Shown here in pieces: positions 25,145 to 38,029 of a DNA stretch of 64,000 nucleotides. A model generated the notes under the pieces. That model saw nothing but the letters and a program-made list of their open reading frames with translations. It was not told the origin of the DNA and made no database searches. This DNA comes from Geosiphon pyriformis uo1 (Eukaryota > Fungi > Glomeromycota). Position numbers and translations under genes: made by a program. The stretch is from contig JAAOMT010000193.1 in assembly GCA_016748015.1 (NCBI GenBank), positions 350,042 to 414,041 on the forward strand, in the 5' to 3' direction. How positions within the stretch are numbered: position 1 is the first letter of the stretch; every line of letters starts with the position of its first letter.

Positions 25145-28100
25145 TCAGATTTGTTTTATTCACAACAAACCATCAGCATTTCTGTTTTCTTTTCTTTTTT
25201 TATAAGGTACTGTAAAAGTATATAGTAAAAGTGCTATTTTTCATCTCACATGTTGATCATCTCCAAATTTTTGCTTTTGGATTGAAGTCAATCCTTTGTG
25301 ATTGATATGCACTTCAAATTTCTGGCTTAAGTATTCCTTCTATTTCATAATAGCCTAATAAATTGCTAAGTGTTCTGATGTTCTATAGTTTTTTTTGGCT
25401 AGCATTAAACTTCAACTAACATATATTATTGGATGTTCTCTTCCATTTGGTTTTTTTTGTGATAGTACTGCTCTCAATGCTTAACCTAATGCATCAGTAG
25501 TGATTATGAATAGTTTGCTATAATCTGAATAGATCAGTACTGGAACTTAAATGAGCTTTCTTCTTAGTATGTCAAAAACTTTTTGTTGTATTTCAGTCTA
25601 TTTATATTTAACATTCTTGGTTTGTAGATAATGCAATAGTTGAGCCAATTTGGAAAAGTTTTTAATAAAGCAACAATAGTACTCTGCAAACCTTAAGAAT
25701 GCTCTTAGCTCAGTCAAATTAGTGAGTACTGGAAAGAACTTTACTACTTCAATTTTATTTGGATCTGTTTTAATGCTCTCTTTGCTTACAACATGTCCTA
25801 AAAACTTGAGTTTTGTCTTGTCAAAGAAACACTTAGTTGCATTTAGTTTCAATCCTGCTCTTCTCAGTTTTTCAAACACTTGCTGGAGATAATAAAAATG
25901 ATCATCAAATGTTTTTGAGAACACATTGGTGTTATGTAAATATATGACTAATTTCCATAGTAATCTAGTATAAACAATTTTCATTAGCCATTGAAATATG
26001 GCCAGTGCATTAGTTAAGCCAAATGGCATCACTTCAAATTCGAAATTTTCTTTTTTTGTAGTAAATACTATCTTTTTTTTATCTTCTGGATTCATGACTA
26101 CTTGCCAGTAACCATTATCTAGATTTAATGTCAAGAACCATTTTTTTTCTCTGAAAGCATCAAATAATTCTTGAATCTGTGGAGTTGAATAATTGTCTTT
26201 ATGAGTTACACCATTAAGTTTTTTGTAATCCACACAAAAGTGGATTTTTTTATTTTTCTTATGGACTAGTACCACTGATAATGACTATGGGCTCATTGAT
26301 AATTGAATTAGCCCATTGTCAAGCATTTGATTGATTTCTTGATGAATGATCTTATGACTAATAGGTGGTATTCAATATGTTTTTTGTTTGATTGGCATTG
26401 TATTTTCAGTCTTGATCTGATGTTAAATTATGTCAATTCTGCCAAACTTGTTTTTAATTGCAAAAATGTCAGTAAAGTTGTTGAGTAACTTTTTGAGTTG
26501 CATATATTAAAGTGGGTCTAAGTTTCTCATATTCATTTGTTTTAATTGTTCTGGTTGGAGCAAATAACATTTGTTCTGTTTGTAGATGGTTTGTGATGTT
26601 ATGTCAACATATTTACACAGTTGTAGAAAATCTAAAATGGAATTTGGTGGTTGGCTTTCGATTTCAATGGTTAAATATTCAATGGTGGTTTTTTCTGATA
26701 TTTTGATGATGTTTTTTATGTTGTTGTAGATGGAAATTTTGATATGACTATGGTTCTTGGCTGATATGTGTAGATTAATTAATCCAATCTTTCTTAATTC
26801 ACAAAGTATTGCTTTTGCTTCAAAAATCTGAACTTAATCCTTTACTTTTTTTTTTATGGCTTACATATACTAGTTATATAATAGAATGAAAATTGATTAA
26901 TAGGTAGAGATAATTTCTCTCTTGTCAACAATTTCTTTCTTTGTCATATTGACTGATATATCTATTCTACCCATAGATCCAAATCTACTAATCCTTTCAG
27001 CTGTAATCCTTAGTTTTTTTCTGTCTTCTACTGATATTAACTGAGCTATTTTAACCAGAAATAGGAATATTGTCTGTACTATTTTTTTATTTGGCTATAA
27101 TATAGGCCTTTTTTGAATTGTTTTGTAGTATTGCAATAATATTTTTTACATATCTTGCATTAATTATTTCTCCTCTGATATTGATTTTTTTTTTTGCTAA
27201 ACTACTTCTAAATACTAATTGAACTATTGTTGTTGCTAGAATTTCCAGTGCTACTTTGAGATCAATACAGATGCATGAATGTGGTTCTAATTTGATGACA
27301 TCTTTTTCTGAATATCTCAGATCAAACCCTATATCAGTATCATGTATGTGTTCTGGTATAATATCTTCATTATTATTACTGAACCATTTAAGTTCCTGCT
27401 TTTTGCTGAGATCAGGAAGTGCAATATATTGTTCTGGGTTTAAATTGGAGTTTAAATTGCTGTTGTTTTTATTGCCATTTTAAACAGAGCTGGAACTATT
27501 ATTTTCATCATTATCATTGTCAGAGTTTGAATCAAAATTGAATAGTGATTCCAATTCTGATATGCAGCTGCTGATTGGTTTTTCTTCTTTTGGAATTGTG
27601 TAGATTATGTGTGATAGTAAATTGTAGATGAGGTTACACTCATTACAATATTGAAAGTCACATGAAATCAAACAGTGGTTACATAATCAAGTGTTGATTT
27701 CTTCTAAGCATTGTTTCTACATTTTTCTTATGAGTGTTAAATTTTGATAGTGTTCATGAAACTCCTTTGGGCCTGTCTTTATGTCAAGAAAAGCATCTGA
27801 GTTTGGGATGAAAACGATATTAATTAGTTCTGAAGAATTATTTTTAATTTCCAAGATTTTACTGGTCATGGCTCCTTTAACTTTGGCATTTGCCATCTGT
27901 TAAATCTCATCTTCATTGTGTGGGTAACTGTCCAACTGAGAGATTGTTCAGTGCTAGACTGTAGTAATAAGAGTTCCATAACTTACCCAGTTGCTAATAA
28001 GAATTGTGTACTAACACAAAATGTTATACATTCCTCCTCAACCAAGAATGTTATTTCATATTTCTTTGTCGAGCAACTGTTCTCCACAAGCGAGATATGG

Positions 28101-31100
28101 TTTGTTGTTCCATTTACTTTGTCATTTTGAGTAGTCATACTGTTTTTTGTGGCATGGCTTATAGTAATAGTGGATTTGTGTTCAATAGTCTTTATTAGGT
28201 GCTATCTATGCTTCCATGGAAGAAAGTTTTTTGCCGCAATCTTGGCATTTAAGAGGGATATATGATGGTTTTTTGATGAGTTTATGTGAGTATAATTGTT
28301 CTTAGCCATTGGTTATTTCTTCTATGGCTGTGGTTTTCTCAGATTTGTCTTTTTCTTTTTCTTTTTCTTTGTTGTCTCAAGAGAGTACTGATAGCAGTTT
28401 ATTGTGATTGGTGTTGGTCCACAAGACTTAGTAGGCTTTTTAGGTAGGTTTTTTTTTTCTTCTTCAAGTTCTATAAGTGGTGTTGGTGTCATGTTTGTCT
28501 GAAAGTGGTTGTACATGGCTGGTACATGTGTGTGCTGACTGTTTTAACTGAGTTGAAGCTCTTGTGTAGTCCAATTAAGCACTGCATAAGTTTTAAACAG
28601 CCAGTCATTTCCAACAAGAGCTTGGTATTGGGTTGTTTCCATTACAAAAACCTTGATGGGTACAACAATGCCATTGATTTTAAATAGAAAGTCATTAATT
28701 TCGCCAATTGGAGTTTTGGTGGTCTCATCAGCAATAATTATTCTAATGCTGGCAGCATGATCAACTCAGCAACCTAATTGGTCCATAAGTTGTCAGGTAA
28801 TTATGCTGCCAGCTAATCCACTGTCTAGGATCAGTTTAATGAAATGGCCATCAACTTTGGCATTAGTATACATTGTAATAATAGATTTGTTGTCAAAGGC
28901 AGTTCTACTAAATAATGAAACTAGGGCAGTTTTTTTGAGTTCAAAAGGAAATATGGTGGCAAGTATTTTATTTTTGGTGCTGGTTACTGGAAAAATATTA
29001 CTAGTAAGTGGCTGCTTTTGATTGGGTTCCTGGTTGTGGGGTGAGATGTTTTTTGGGGTAACTAAGAGACTTAAATAGTGTTGGGAATTTGGGTTTTGGT
29101 TGTACCCAGTTTTTGAACTCCACTGGTGTGATCCTAATGGTTGGTTTGATGAACTGGAAATCAGTTGGTGGACAACCATTGCTGATCTTTAGTTTTGAGT
29201 GACTCTTAATCTGGAATTTCCTGATGTTATTTAAGTTGAGTTTGATAGTAGTGTTAGAATTTGTTAAGGTTAATATATTACTTGTGACTGTAGTGGTTGA
29301 TATATTACAGACATTGCCAATTAATATATTAGAGGTAAATATAATTGCTGTGTTATTGGTGCTTAATACATTGGCTAAGTCACTTGAGCATAATATAGTT
29401 AATGTTAGTAGTGTTCTTATAATTAATTACTAACATAATTCTGAGTTTGGAGTTGGTGATCAGAGTTTTGATACTGATTACCCAATTGTTAATTACTTAA
29501 CTATTTACAATATTCAAATTGCAGATGTCTTTGTTTACCACAATAGTAGCACACATGTATTTTCTACTGCCACTATTGATTGGTTGAAAATGATAGATGC
29601 AATTGGTTTTGGAAACAATTCATGTTTTCCTGATTATTTCATTATTGTAGAAGTTGATAAATGGCTTGATTGTTAGTTAAATATCTCTTTAATTTCTGAT
29701 TGATTGATTTACTAAATTGCTTCAGTTTAGAATCCAAATCAAATGATTTATTTATTACTAGATTTACAGCTTGGACATGGTTAGCTTTGAGTTTAGCTGC
29801 TTCAAAATTCTTAGTGTTTGTGACTATAGCTTGAAGATCTGCTGGATGTAATGAATGTATGTGTTAAAAAATGCTACTGCACAGGCCTCTAATGAATTGA
29901 TTTAGAATTTGTGGTGCTGTGAAATAATCAGCTTGTATTGCCTGAATTTGGCACAGATTTCTGTAGAAACATCCAAGATAGATAGTGACTGCCTCATTTT
30001 CTTCTTGCTTGATGGTAATAAAGGTATTGGCTAGACAATTAATACTATTATTGTTGCTAAAATATTGTAGAAATGCAAGCTTGAATGCATTGAAATCCTG
30101 AAGTTTGTTGGCCATGTTTTGATACTATAAGTTGATAATATCCTAAAGAAAGTATGGGATGGCTTGCATAGCTCTGGCATCATTCCATCCATTGGCTGTG
30201 ATGGCTTTTTTGACATCATTTAGCCACACTTGGACATCATTCTCTTTACTGGTGAATTTTTTGATCTTGACAATTGGTGTGTATGCCATTTGTTGTTGTT
30301 GTTGTTGTGACAGTTGTTAAAGTGATTGCTATAATTGTTGTTAATGTGATATTTGCAGCTGTTGAATCAATTCAATTGATGGCTAATTGATCATGTTTAT
30401 TGGAGATAAGTTTTGTGGATTAATTATGTCAGAGTTTGGATTATTCTGATTTTGGGGAGTTTGAAGATTTGGAGTTTCAATTTCCAGATTTTTTAAAATC
30501 AGGTTTTGCTGAGTTTAAACATTTGGGGTTTCAATTTCCAGGTTTTTGACAATTAGGTTTTGGTAATTGAATTCCTAATTGTTATTTTTCTTTTTTTCTG
30601 ATTCCATTACTTTCTAAGGACTCATAATTCCAAAATCTGGTGAAAATAGTAATAATCAAAATTTTGATGGTATTGGTGATCACAATTTAAATTCTTCAAA
30701 ATATTTACCATAGGTTCCTAATAGATCAATTTTTGATTGGTTATTTTAAAATAATATTCATGCCAATGAGATTTTCGTGTTTAATGTAAGCATGCCTGCT
30801 GATGAGATGTTAATGGCACTTCCAAGTATATAATGATATGATAGATTGGTTGGTAATTCAAGTTTTGTTTTCTTTTAAGTAAATGGTTGTATTTTTTGAG
30901 ATGTTATTACTAGTGTTTGTAGTTTTTCTTTGTCTTTATTTGCATAGGTAATTGGATATCTTTGTTGAGTGTAAATTTCAATTTCTTTATTGATTTCAGT
31001 AAGGATTGCTGTGAAATTATAATTTACTGGTAGGCTGGTATTTTAGATTAATTTGTTGTAGAAATTTCCTCTGGCTGAATTGGTTTCTATTAGTACTCCT

Positions 31101-31252
31101 AGCAAATATGAGATTCTTTTATTAACATAGAAACTAAAAGCTAATTTTGCTAATATATGATTGTTAATTAATCCCAAGTATTGACAGTAATGTTGAAACA
31201 AAGATTTGGCAAATCCTAAATGGTTTGTCCCTATTCTTTCTGGTTTTGTCAT
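25145..31252 (-). pseudogene. Element B gag-PR-dUTPase-RT-RNase H polyprotein, decayed
   Basis: Capsid ATG at 30289 (MAYTPI); PR LILDSGLAGS at about 28820; Cys-rich region; dUTPase at about 26960-27370 (IGFDLRY); RT 25598-26275 with YLDD decayed to YLHN. Confidence 0.9.
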
Positions 31253-31296
31253 TTTTGGATGGTTGTTTGTTGGTGCTGATTTTTTGTAGAATTATA

Positions 31297-31313
31297 CCTC
31301 ACAGAAAGCACCA
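31297..31313 (-). promoter_or_regulatory. Element B primer-binding site
   Basis: Minus strand TGGTGCTTTCTGTGAGG. Confidence 0.9.
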
Positions 31314-31315
31314 AA

Positions 31316-32144
31316 TGTTATAGATGATTATTTGGAGTCTCAAAGCAAATAACAAATTCATAACTTGGTGCTCAATTAATATTATAATGTTGGTGTCTGA
31401 AAGTTTTGGTTAAGTTCTTTGTATAATAAACAGAGATTCAATAGTGTTTCAGTAGCCTTCTGGAATTGCAATTCTATCAAATTTTTTTCTCAGTATAATG
31501 GCCAGTAATCTAACAGAAATGCCTTTCTAGTAAGCTATCCTTAATTTATTAAACTTTATACTCTTTTTTTGGGGTCTTTTACTAGGCTATTCTTGACATT
31601 AATAACTCAGTACTTTACTTTTTAATCAATTAGTTAACAACAAGAAATAACAACCTAACAGAGAAGAAAATAAAAGAAAAAAAAGAAATAAGTCAAGACA
31701 ATGAATGTTAGTATCCCATCAATAGCTGTGATCAAGAGCTATTGTTCCAGTGTGATTAAATATCAGCAACTATTAACATAAAGTATTGATAATAAAGAGA
31801 TAATTGAAATAACAAATAATTATTTATTGATATTTGTAATGTGGAAAGTTGCTTAGATTAAATCTAAACTAAGAGGTCTCTCTTTTTTGCTTCTAATGCT
31901 ACTACTATATATACATAATTAAGATTCCTCAATTCCTTAATTCTTTACACCAAGAATTCTAGAATTCCTGAAATTCTGCAATTCCTTTGAGAAGAATTCT
32001 GGAATTCTGGAATCTTGTGATTCCTTGTATAAAAATTCTGAAATTTTTGAAATCTTGTAATTTCTTTAAGAAAAATTCTGAAATTTCACATTTTATTATG
32101 ACTACTTTATATGCTACTATACTTTCTATATTCTATGAATAATA
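31316..32144 (-). repeat. Element B 5' LTR
   Basis: Matches 12424-13173; GGAATTC-type repeat array at about 31920-32090. Confidence 0.95.
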
Positions 32145-32148
32145 CTGT

Positions 32149-35100
32149 ATAGAAACTGTAATTAACCCTAAACACACATTTAAAAATATTCAATAGACCA
32201 TCCAAAATTTATATATTATTATGCTTTTAGAGTTTATTAAGAATATTAAAAAAACCAGCAGCTTTTTTATCAGACAGATTCTTAATTATCTGTAAAAACT
32301 TATTAAGATTAATGTTATATATTATCTCCAAAAAAACAGCATTAATAACATTATCTAAAAAGACATATTAATTAAACCATTGGTCTGTTAAAACACTAAA
32401 CACTACATATTTTTTTGTCTATCTTTTTATGATTATATTAATACTAAACTTAATTTTACTAGGTTTTAGTACTAGATTATTATTTACTATTATGTAGTTG
32501 AGTATTATTTTTTAAACTAAATGCTTTAAAACACTTTTGATTATATATTTTTTATTAAAGCAAAAGTTTTTCATGCATTTTTCTATTGTTCTTTTAATAA
32601 AATTGTTTTTAACAATTTTGAATTTATAATACTTGAATTTGCAGTACTTTTTTTTGATGCTTGATAAATAACATAGAATCTTATCTGTCTTTTTACTACT
32701 GCTAATTAAGATTTTTACTTTGAAGACTTTTTCTTATTAATAACAATTCAGATATTAAAAAAATAGTCAGTTTTCAAAGAACAATTCATGCTCAGATTCT
32801 TCATAATCTTGGCTATCAGTAATTTAAGCTTAAAAAATTTGGATAATTGTTTGTTTTTTGAGTATTTGTATTTACTAAACTAATATTTAAAGAAAATTTT
32901 ATCGGCAAAACTTAATATCTTATTTTTTAAAATTTTTTACATTGTATCTAAATCTTTATGGTTTTTTGCATTATTAAATTTTTTTACTTTCAACAAAAAC
33001 TTTTTCAAAGAACATTTCTTAAATTGTAACTATTTAGCAATATTAGCATCTTTGATTTTAAATTTTTATATATTTTTATTGACTTGTTTGCATATGCTAT
33101 TTAGTTAGACATCTAAGAAACTATCTAAATTAATTAAAACCAAAACTGTCTTGTAATTAGTATTAAAAAAGTCAAAAACAGAGTTGACTCTATAATTAAC
33201 AACAGCAAACAATAAACTTTTACTAATAAAAATGTGATCTATGGCTTTTTTAACCCCTCTTGAATTGCTCCAAATAAAAACTTTAACCAATAAATATCTA
33301 TTAAACAAATTGACCAAATTTAGATTTAAACAAAACTTGAAACTTGTACTTTTTCTGAACTTATTTTTATTGAAATTTCTATTCAAAACCATAAAAATAT
33401 TAGAGTTAACTGTTTTAACAATAAGAGAGTTAATTTTTACAGTCTGACCAAACTTAGTTTTAAAAGAAACACCAATATATAAACCTAAAATCATAATTAA
33501 AAGCTTGTTTTTAAAGAAAAATTATACTGAAATAACTCAATTTAAAACTTTTTCTATCTTAAAAACATGCTAAATCAGAGAATTATTCATAATAATAGCT
33601 ATTTTAGTGCCAAAAAAACTCTTATTTAAACCAAACATAAAAATTTATATTCTATTAAACTTATTTATAACTCATAGCCTAACACTAGATCTTAACTTTA
33701 TTTTTGTGATAATAAAAACTATATTATTTATACTTATATATTAATAAACAATGTTTTTTTGCTTTATAAGAACATTAATATCTTAAATATTACATATAGC
33801 AAACTTCTATACTAAGCTAGTTATTAAAATAAAAAGAGAACCAAAGAACTTAAACCAAAACACAACCAATCTAATCTTGCTAAAACTAAATTAACTGACA
33901 CTTTAAAAACCACTATTTTTAATTTTAAGTCATCTATTTTAGTGGTCAAAATCTTTGAACTACTTGAACCAAAATTCAAAGCTTTATTTTTTACAACTAA
34001 AAAAGAGAAAACAGATAATATCAACAAGTCTTTCAAAACTATATTTAAATTTAAATTTGAATTCAAAAACACAGAAACAGTTGAAAAAAAGATATAAAAG
34101 ACAGATATTAGTAGTACTAGTTTTATAAAACTTAATTTTTACACAATACTAGATACTTAATTAATTAAAAGCTTCAAAAAGCATTCTAAAAAGACCAAAT
34201 AAGTATTTAAAAAAGAGTTATTTGGTAGGAATAAAAAGAAATTTTTTATTAAAATTTAAAGCACCAAAAAAAAAAAGCCAAAACCAGAACCAGCAAACAA
34301 ATTGTTAAAAACAAAAGCTGCCAAAACTATTTAAGCCCATAACTTATCATCAAAACCAGTAAAATAAGAGATAAAAACATTTTTTTTAGCATACAACTTG
34401 GTTAACTGAAAACAATTTTTATTTAAAACAAACTTTTTAAATACTTTTAAAGATGAAAAAATAGAGAAACCAAAAGCATTATACTTTAAAACAAAATAAC
34501 CAAAACATTCACATTTTTCATATTAAACCAAATCTATTCTAATCCAAAAAAGTTTTACACTACCAAAAATTGGCTTCATATAAAAGATTAATTTTAGTTT
34601 TTTATCCAATTCAAAACCAATTACAGAATAGCAAATTCTGCTGTCAGTTTCAAATAATTGATTTATAATGCTAGTTTTTTTACCAGTCTCTTCTAATAAA
34701 GTACTTAAATCATGAGTTGCTGTTCTTACTGGCAAAGTAAACAAAAGCACTCTAAACTGATTTTTTAACATTCAAATTTTACAATCTTCAATAGTTTTTG
34801 TTATATACACTAAATTTTTCTTAATAAAAAATGACCACTTTGCTGCCAATTAATCAGCCTAATTTAATTTAACAAATTTTATTACAGTCTTTTATTACAG
34901 CTTAATTAATTGTAATTGAATTAACATTACTTAACCAAACTTGAAAAGTGCTGTAACAATTATTTTTTTTAGTGTATTTATGAGAATTTTTTTAACAGTT
35001 ATAGTCCAATCTGAGTAAAATTTTTGTTTCTTAACATTACTATTTACAATAATTTTTTTATCTTTAGCCAATGATGTGGTCTTTTTTATGTTTTTTTTTA

Positions 35101-35850
35101 ACATAAATATTGATTAGATAATTTTTTCAAGTTTTAAGATAATAGTAATTCTTTTTAAAACTATTAATTGATAAAAAAATTTTCTAATGAACTGATTTTT
35201 TGATATTGTTGATTTTTTTCTACAGCTAAAAAATTAATATTCAATATAAAAAATTTTTTTATTGTTACTTCAATTTGAGTTTTTACTATCTTAGAGTTAA
35301 TTTATCTTTTTTTAAAAAAAATATTAAGAAAAAAAAGAAAGAAATCTTTATTTTTATCTATTTTAAAGTCAATTATACTAATAGAAAAACCATTATTCAA
35401 ACCAGTATTAAATTTTTTAGCTTTAGAAGTTATTACAGCTCAATCAAAAAGAGAATTATTATTAGATTTTATCAGTATTATCAATCTTATTGTCATTGAA
35501 TTCATTATCTATATCTGAATATATATTATCATTAAAACCAAATTTAACCAAAGAAATTTTATTATTATTATCAGAGTGTTTGATATTATTTACAAAAACT
35601 CTTTTTTTTTAAAAGAAAATACTATCAACAAAATCATAAAAAATCTCTTTAAGCATCTTTTTTTTAGACATATTACTATTTAAAACAGTCTTTAGATATG
35701 TCATAAAAGGATTATTAGCTTGAAAAATATTGAAAAAAATGCAACTAAAAAATAAAGTAAAATAAAAAGCTTCTTTTTTAAAAAAATGCTCTTTGAAAAA
35801 TTTTGAACATAAGAGAAAAAGAAGTTTTTTTGTAGTTTTTTAATTTAATT
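32149..35850 (-). mobile_element. LINE 5' part: ORF1 (about 35671-33824) and ORF2 APE endonuclease and linker (from about 33824)
   Basis: APE motifs in ORF 33105-33494 (VLNRNFN = GGDFN; WSNSRGVKKAIDHIF = T...IDYI); ORF1 remnant 34523-34771 followed by a decayed knuckle; NLSDKKAAG pre-RT motif at about 32260. The 5' end is approximate. Confidence 0.8.
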
Positions 35851-37500
35851 TTATAATCAAAAATTAAAACATTTATTAATAATACAATCTAAATTAAATA
35901 TAATTAGATTTATATTAAATATATTTTAAATATTATAAGTAAATTTTTTAGGATTATAAATATTTTAATAAACAATAAAAAAACTGTAACTATTTTTATT
36001 AATCAAAAAATTTAGAATATTTTTTTAAGCATTAATAGTTTTTTAATTTTAATTGCTAAAAAAAATAAGTTATATAAATATTTTGGTATTTATTGTTAAC
36101 TAATAAACTTTTTAAGTCTAGTTTAATTAAGATTTATTTTAATATTAAAATTTTCAATATAATTTTGAAAAAAACTATTTTAAATAAATAATTTTATTGT
36201 ATAATTTTAATAATTTTATATTTTATTATTACTTATAAATTTTAATACAAAAAATATTTGTTGTAAATAGAATATAATAATAATAAAAAAATTAAAATCA
36301 AAAACTAATTTGTTTAAAAAAATTTTTAACAAAATTATTTACTATATTTTTTATAATTTGAAAAATTTTAAATAAGTACAAACTAAGAACAAATTAACTT
36401 TTGTAATTTTTTTCTTAAATATTAAAAGTATTTTAAATTATTTATTTGATTATAAATATTTAGACTTGTAAATATTAAATTAATTACTTAATTATTTTTT
36501 ACAATTTTTTATAAAATTGAAAATTAATCTAAAAAAAATTTTTTGTTAAAGTTTTTAGTATTTTTTGAATTACAACTTATTATTTATTAATAATTTTTTT
36601 AATATATTTTACTTGTTAATAATACATTAATATATAAAAAATTTTTTTTTAAATTTTACAATATGATTTATTTTTTAAAAAGATTTAAAATAGTATTTAT
36701 AAAGTAATTATTAAACAAAATTAGTATTGTTTTAATTAATAATGTTTTTAATCTTAAAAAAAATTTAATTCTATTTTAAATTTTTAATTGATAAAAAATT
36801 ATGTAATATTAGTATAGTTTTTTTGTATAGTTTTTATTAATATAATATATATGATTTAAATAATTTTTGTTTGATTTATAAAAGTCTATATATAATAAGT
36901 AAAATTATTATTAATATATATATTAATAGTTTTCTTAAAATTTTAAGTATTTTTAAAATATTTAGTAAAACTTTTGTATTTTTTGTCAATTTAAATTTAA
37001 ATATAAAAGTAGTAATAAATAGTTTGGTTTTTTCCATGTTAATAAAATTGTAAATTATTATTTAGTATTAAAATATATTTTATTTTTTAATAAAGTTTTA
37101 ATATATTTAATATATTTAATAATTTTGGTAATATTATTAAAACTATTAAAGTTTATAAAATAACAATTAAAAAAACAAATTATAGCAAACTTATAAACAT
37201 AATAATTGAAAAATTAAGCATAATAATTGGAAAAAATTGAAAAAAATTAACAATTATTATTGTAAAAATAGAAAAAATTTGATACAAGATTAAAAAACCA
37301 GTAAAAAAATAATTAATTTTATATTATTTAACAAGTTTTTTTATTTTATGATATTATTTATATTTATTACAATCTTAACACCAAACACACTTTTAACTAA
37401 ATTATTATGAATTATTTATTTAATATTATTTAGTAATTTTATTCAATTTTACAATATTAAAAACTAGTTTAGCAAAATCAATTTACATCACAAAATTATT
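35850..37500. other. Extremely AT-rich low-complexity tract
   Basis: Very few G/C by eye; no credible ORF. Confidence 0.7.
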
Positions 37501-38029
37501 TTTAATTAGCTTATTCAAAAAATCATAGTTATAATTAATTAATTTGCAAAAATAACAGACGACAACTTCCAAATTAATTTACTATTTAACCAAAATACTT
37601 AATAATACCAAAAAAACACATATTTTAATAACTGCATTTTAAAAGATAAAGTTATAGCACAACATTAAAACTTTTTAACCAACATTATAATCTTACCAAC
37701 AATACAACAACATTTAAAAAAAAAACCATTACAGCAATGTATTTTAAAGCAACAATAGAAAGAAAAACTATTAAACTAAAATATTGACAAACCAATCCAA
37801 ACTGTTATTGTATAGCAAAGATTATAAAAAAAAACTCCGGAAGAAATTAATAAATTCTTTTTTTGAAATTAATAATTAAAGTTCTTATTATAAAAACTCA
37901 AAAACTAAAAATTCTAAATTCATGACAATTTATTAAAGTACCAACCACTTGTGGTACTTTTAATAAACATTCAGAAAAAGCTCAGTGTTTAAATTTGAGA
38001 AGAAAAAAGAGAAAAACATTTATAGCACT

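Larger units (their letters stand above)
12424..32144 (-). mobile_element. Element B: full-length decayed Ty3/Gypsy LTR retrotransposon with dUTPase, interrupted by C
   Basis: LTRs 12424-13173 and 31316-32144; TSD CTGT (12420-12423 / 32145-32148); PBS TGGTGCTTTCTGTGAGG; PPT AAAAAGGAGGGAATAA; RT ORF remnant 25598-26275. Confidence 0.95.
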
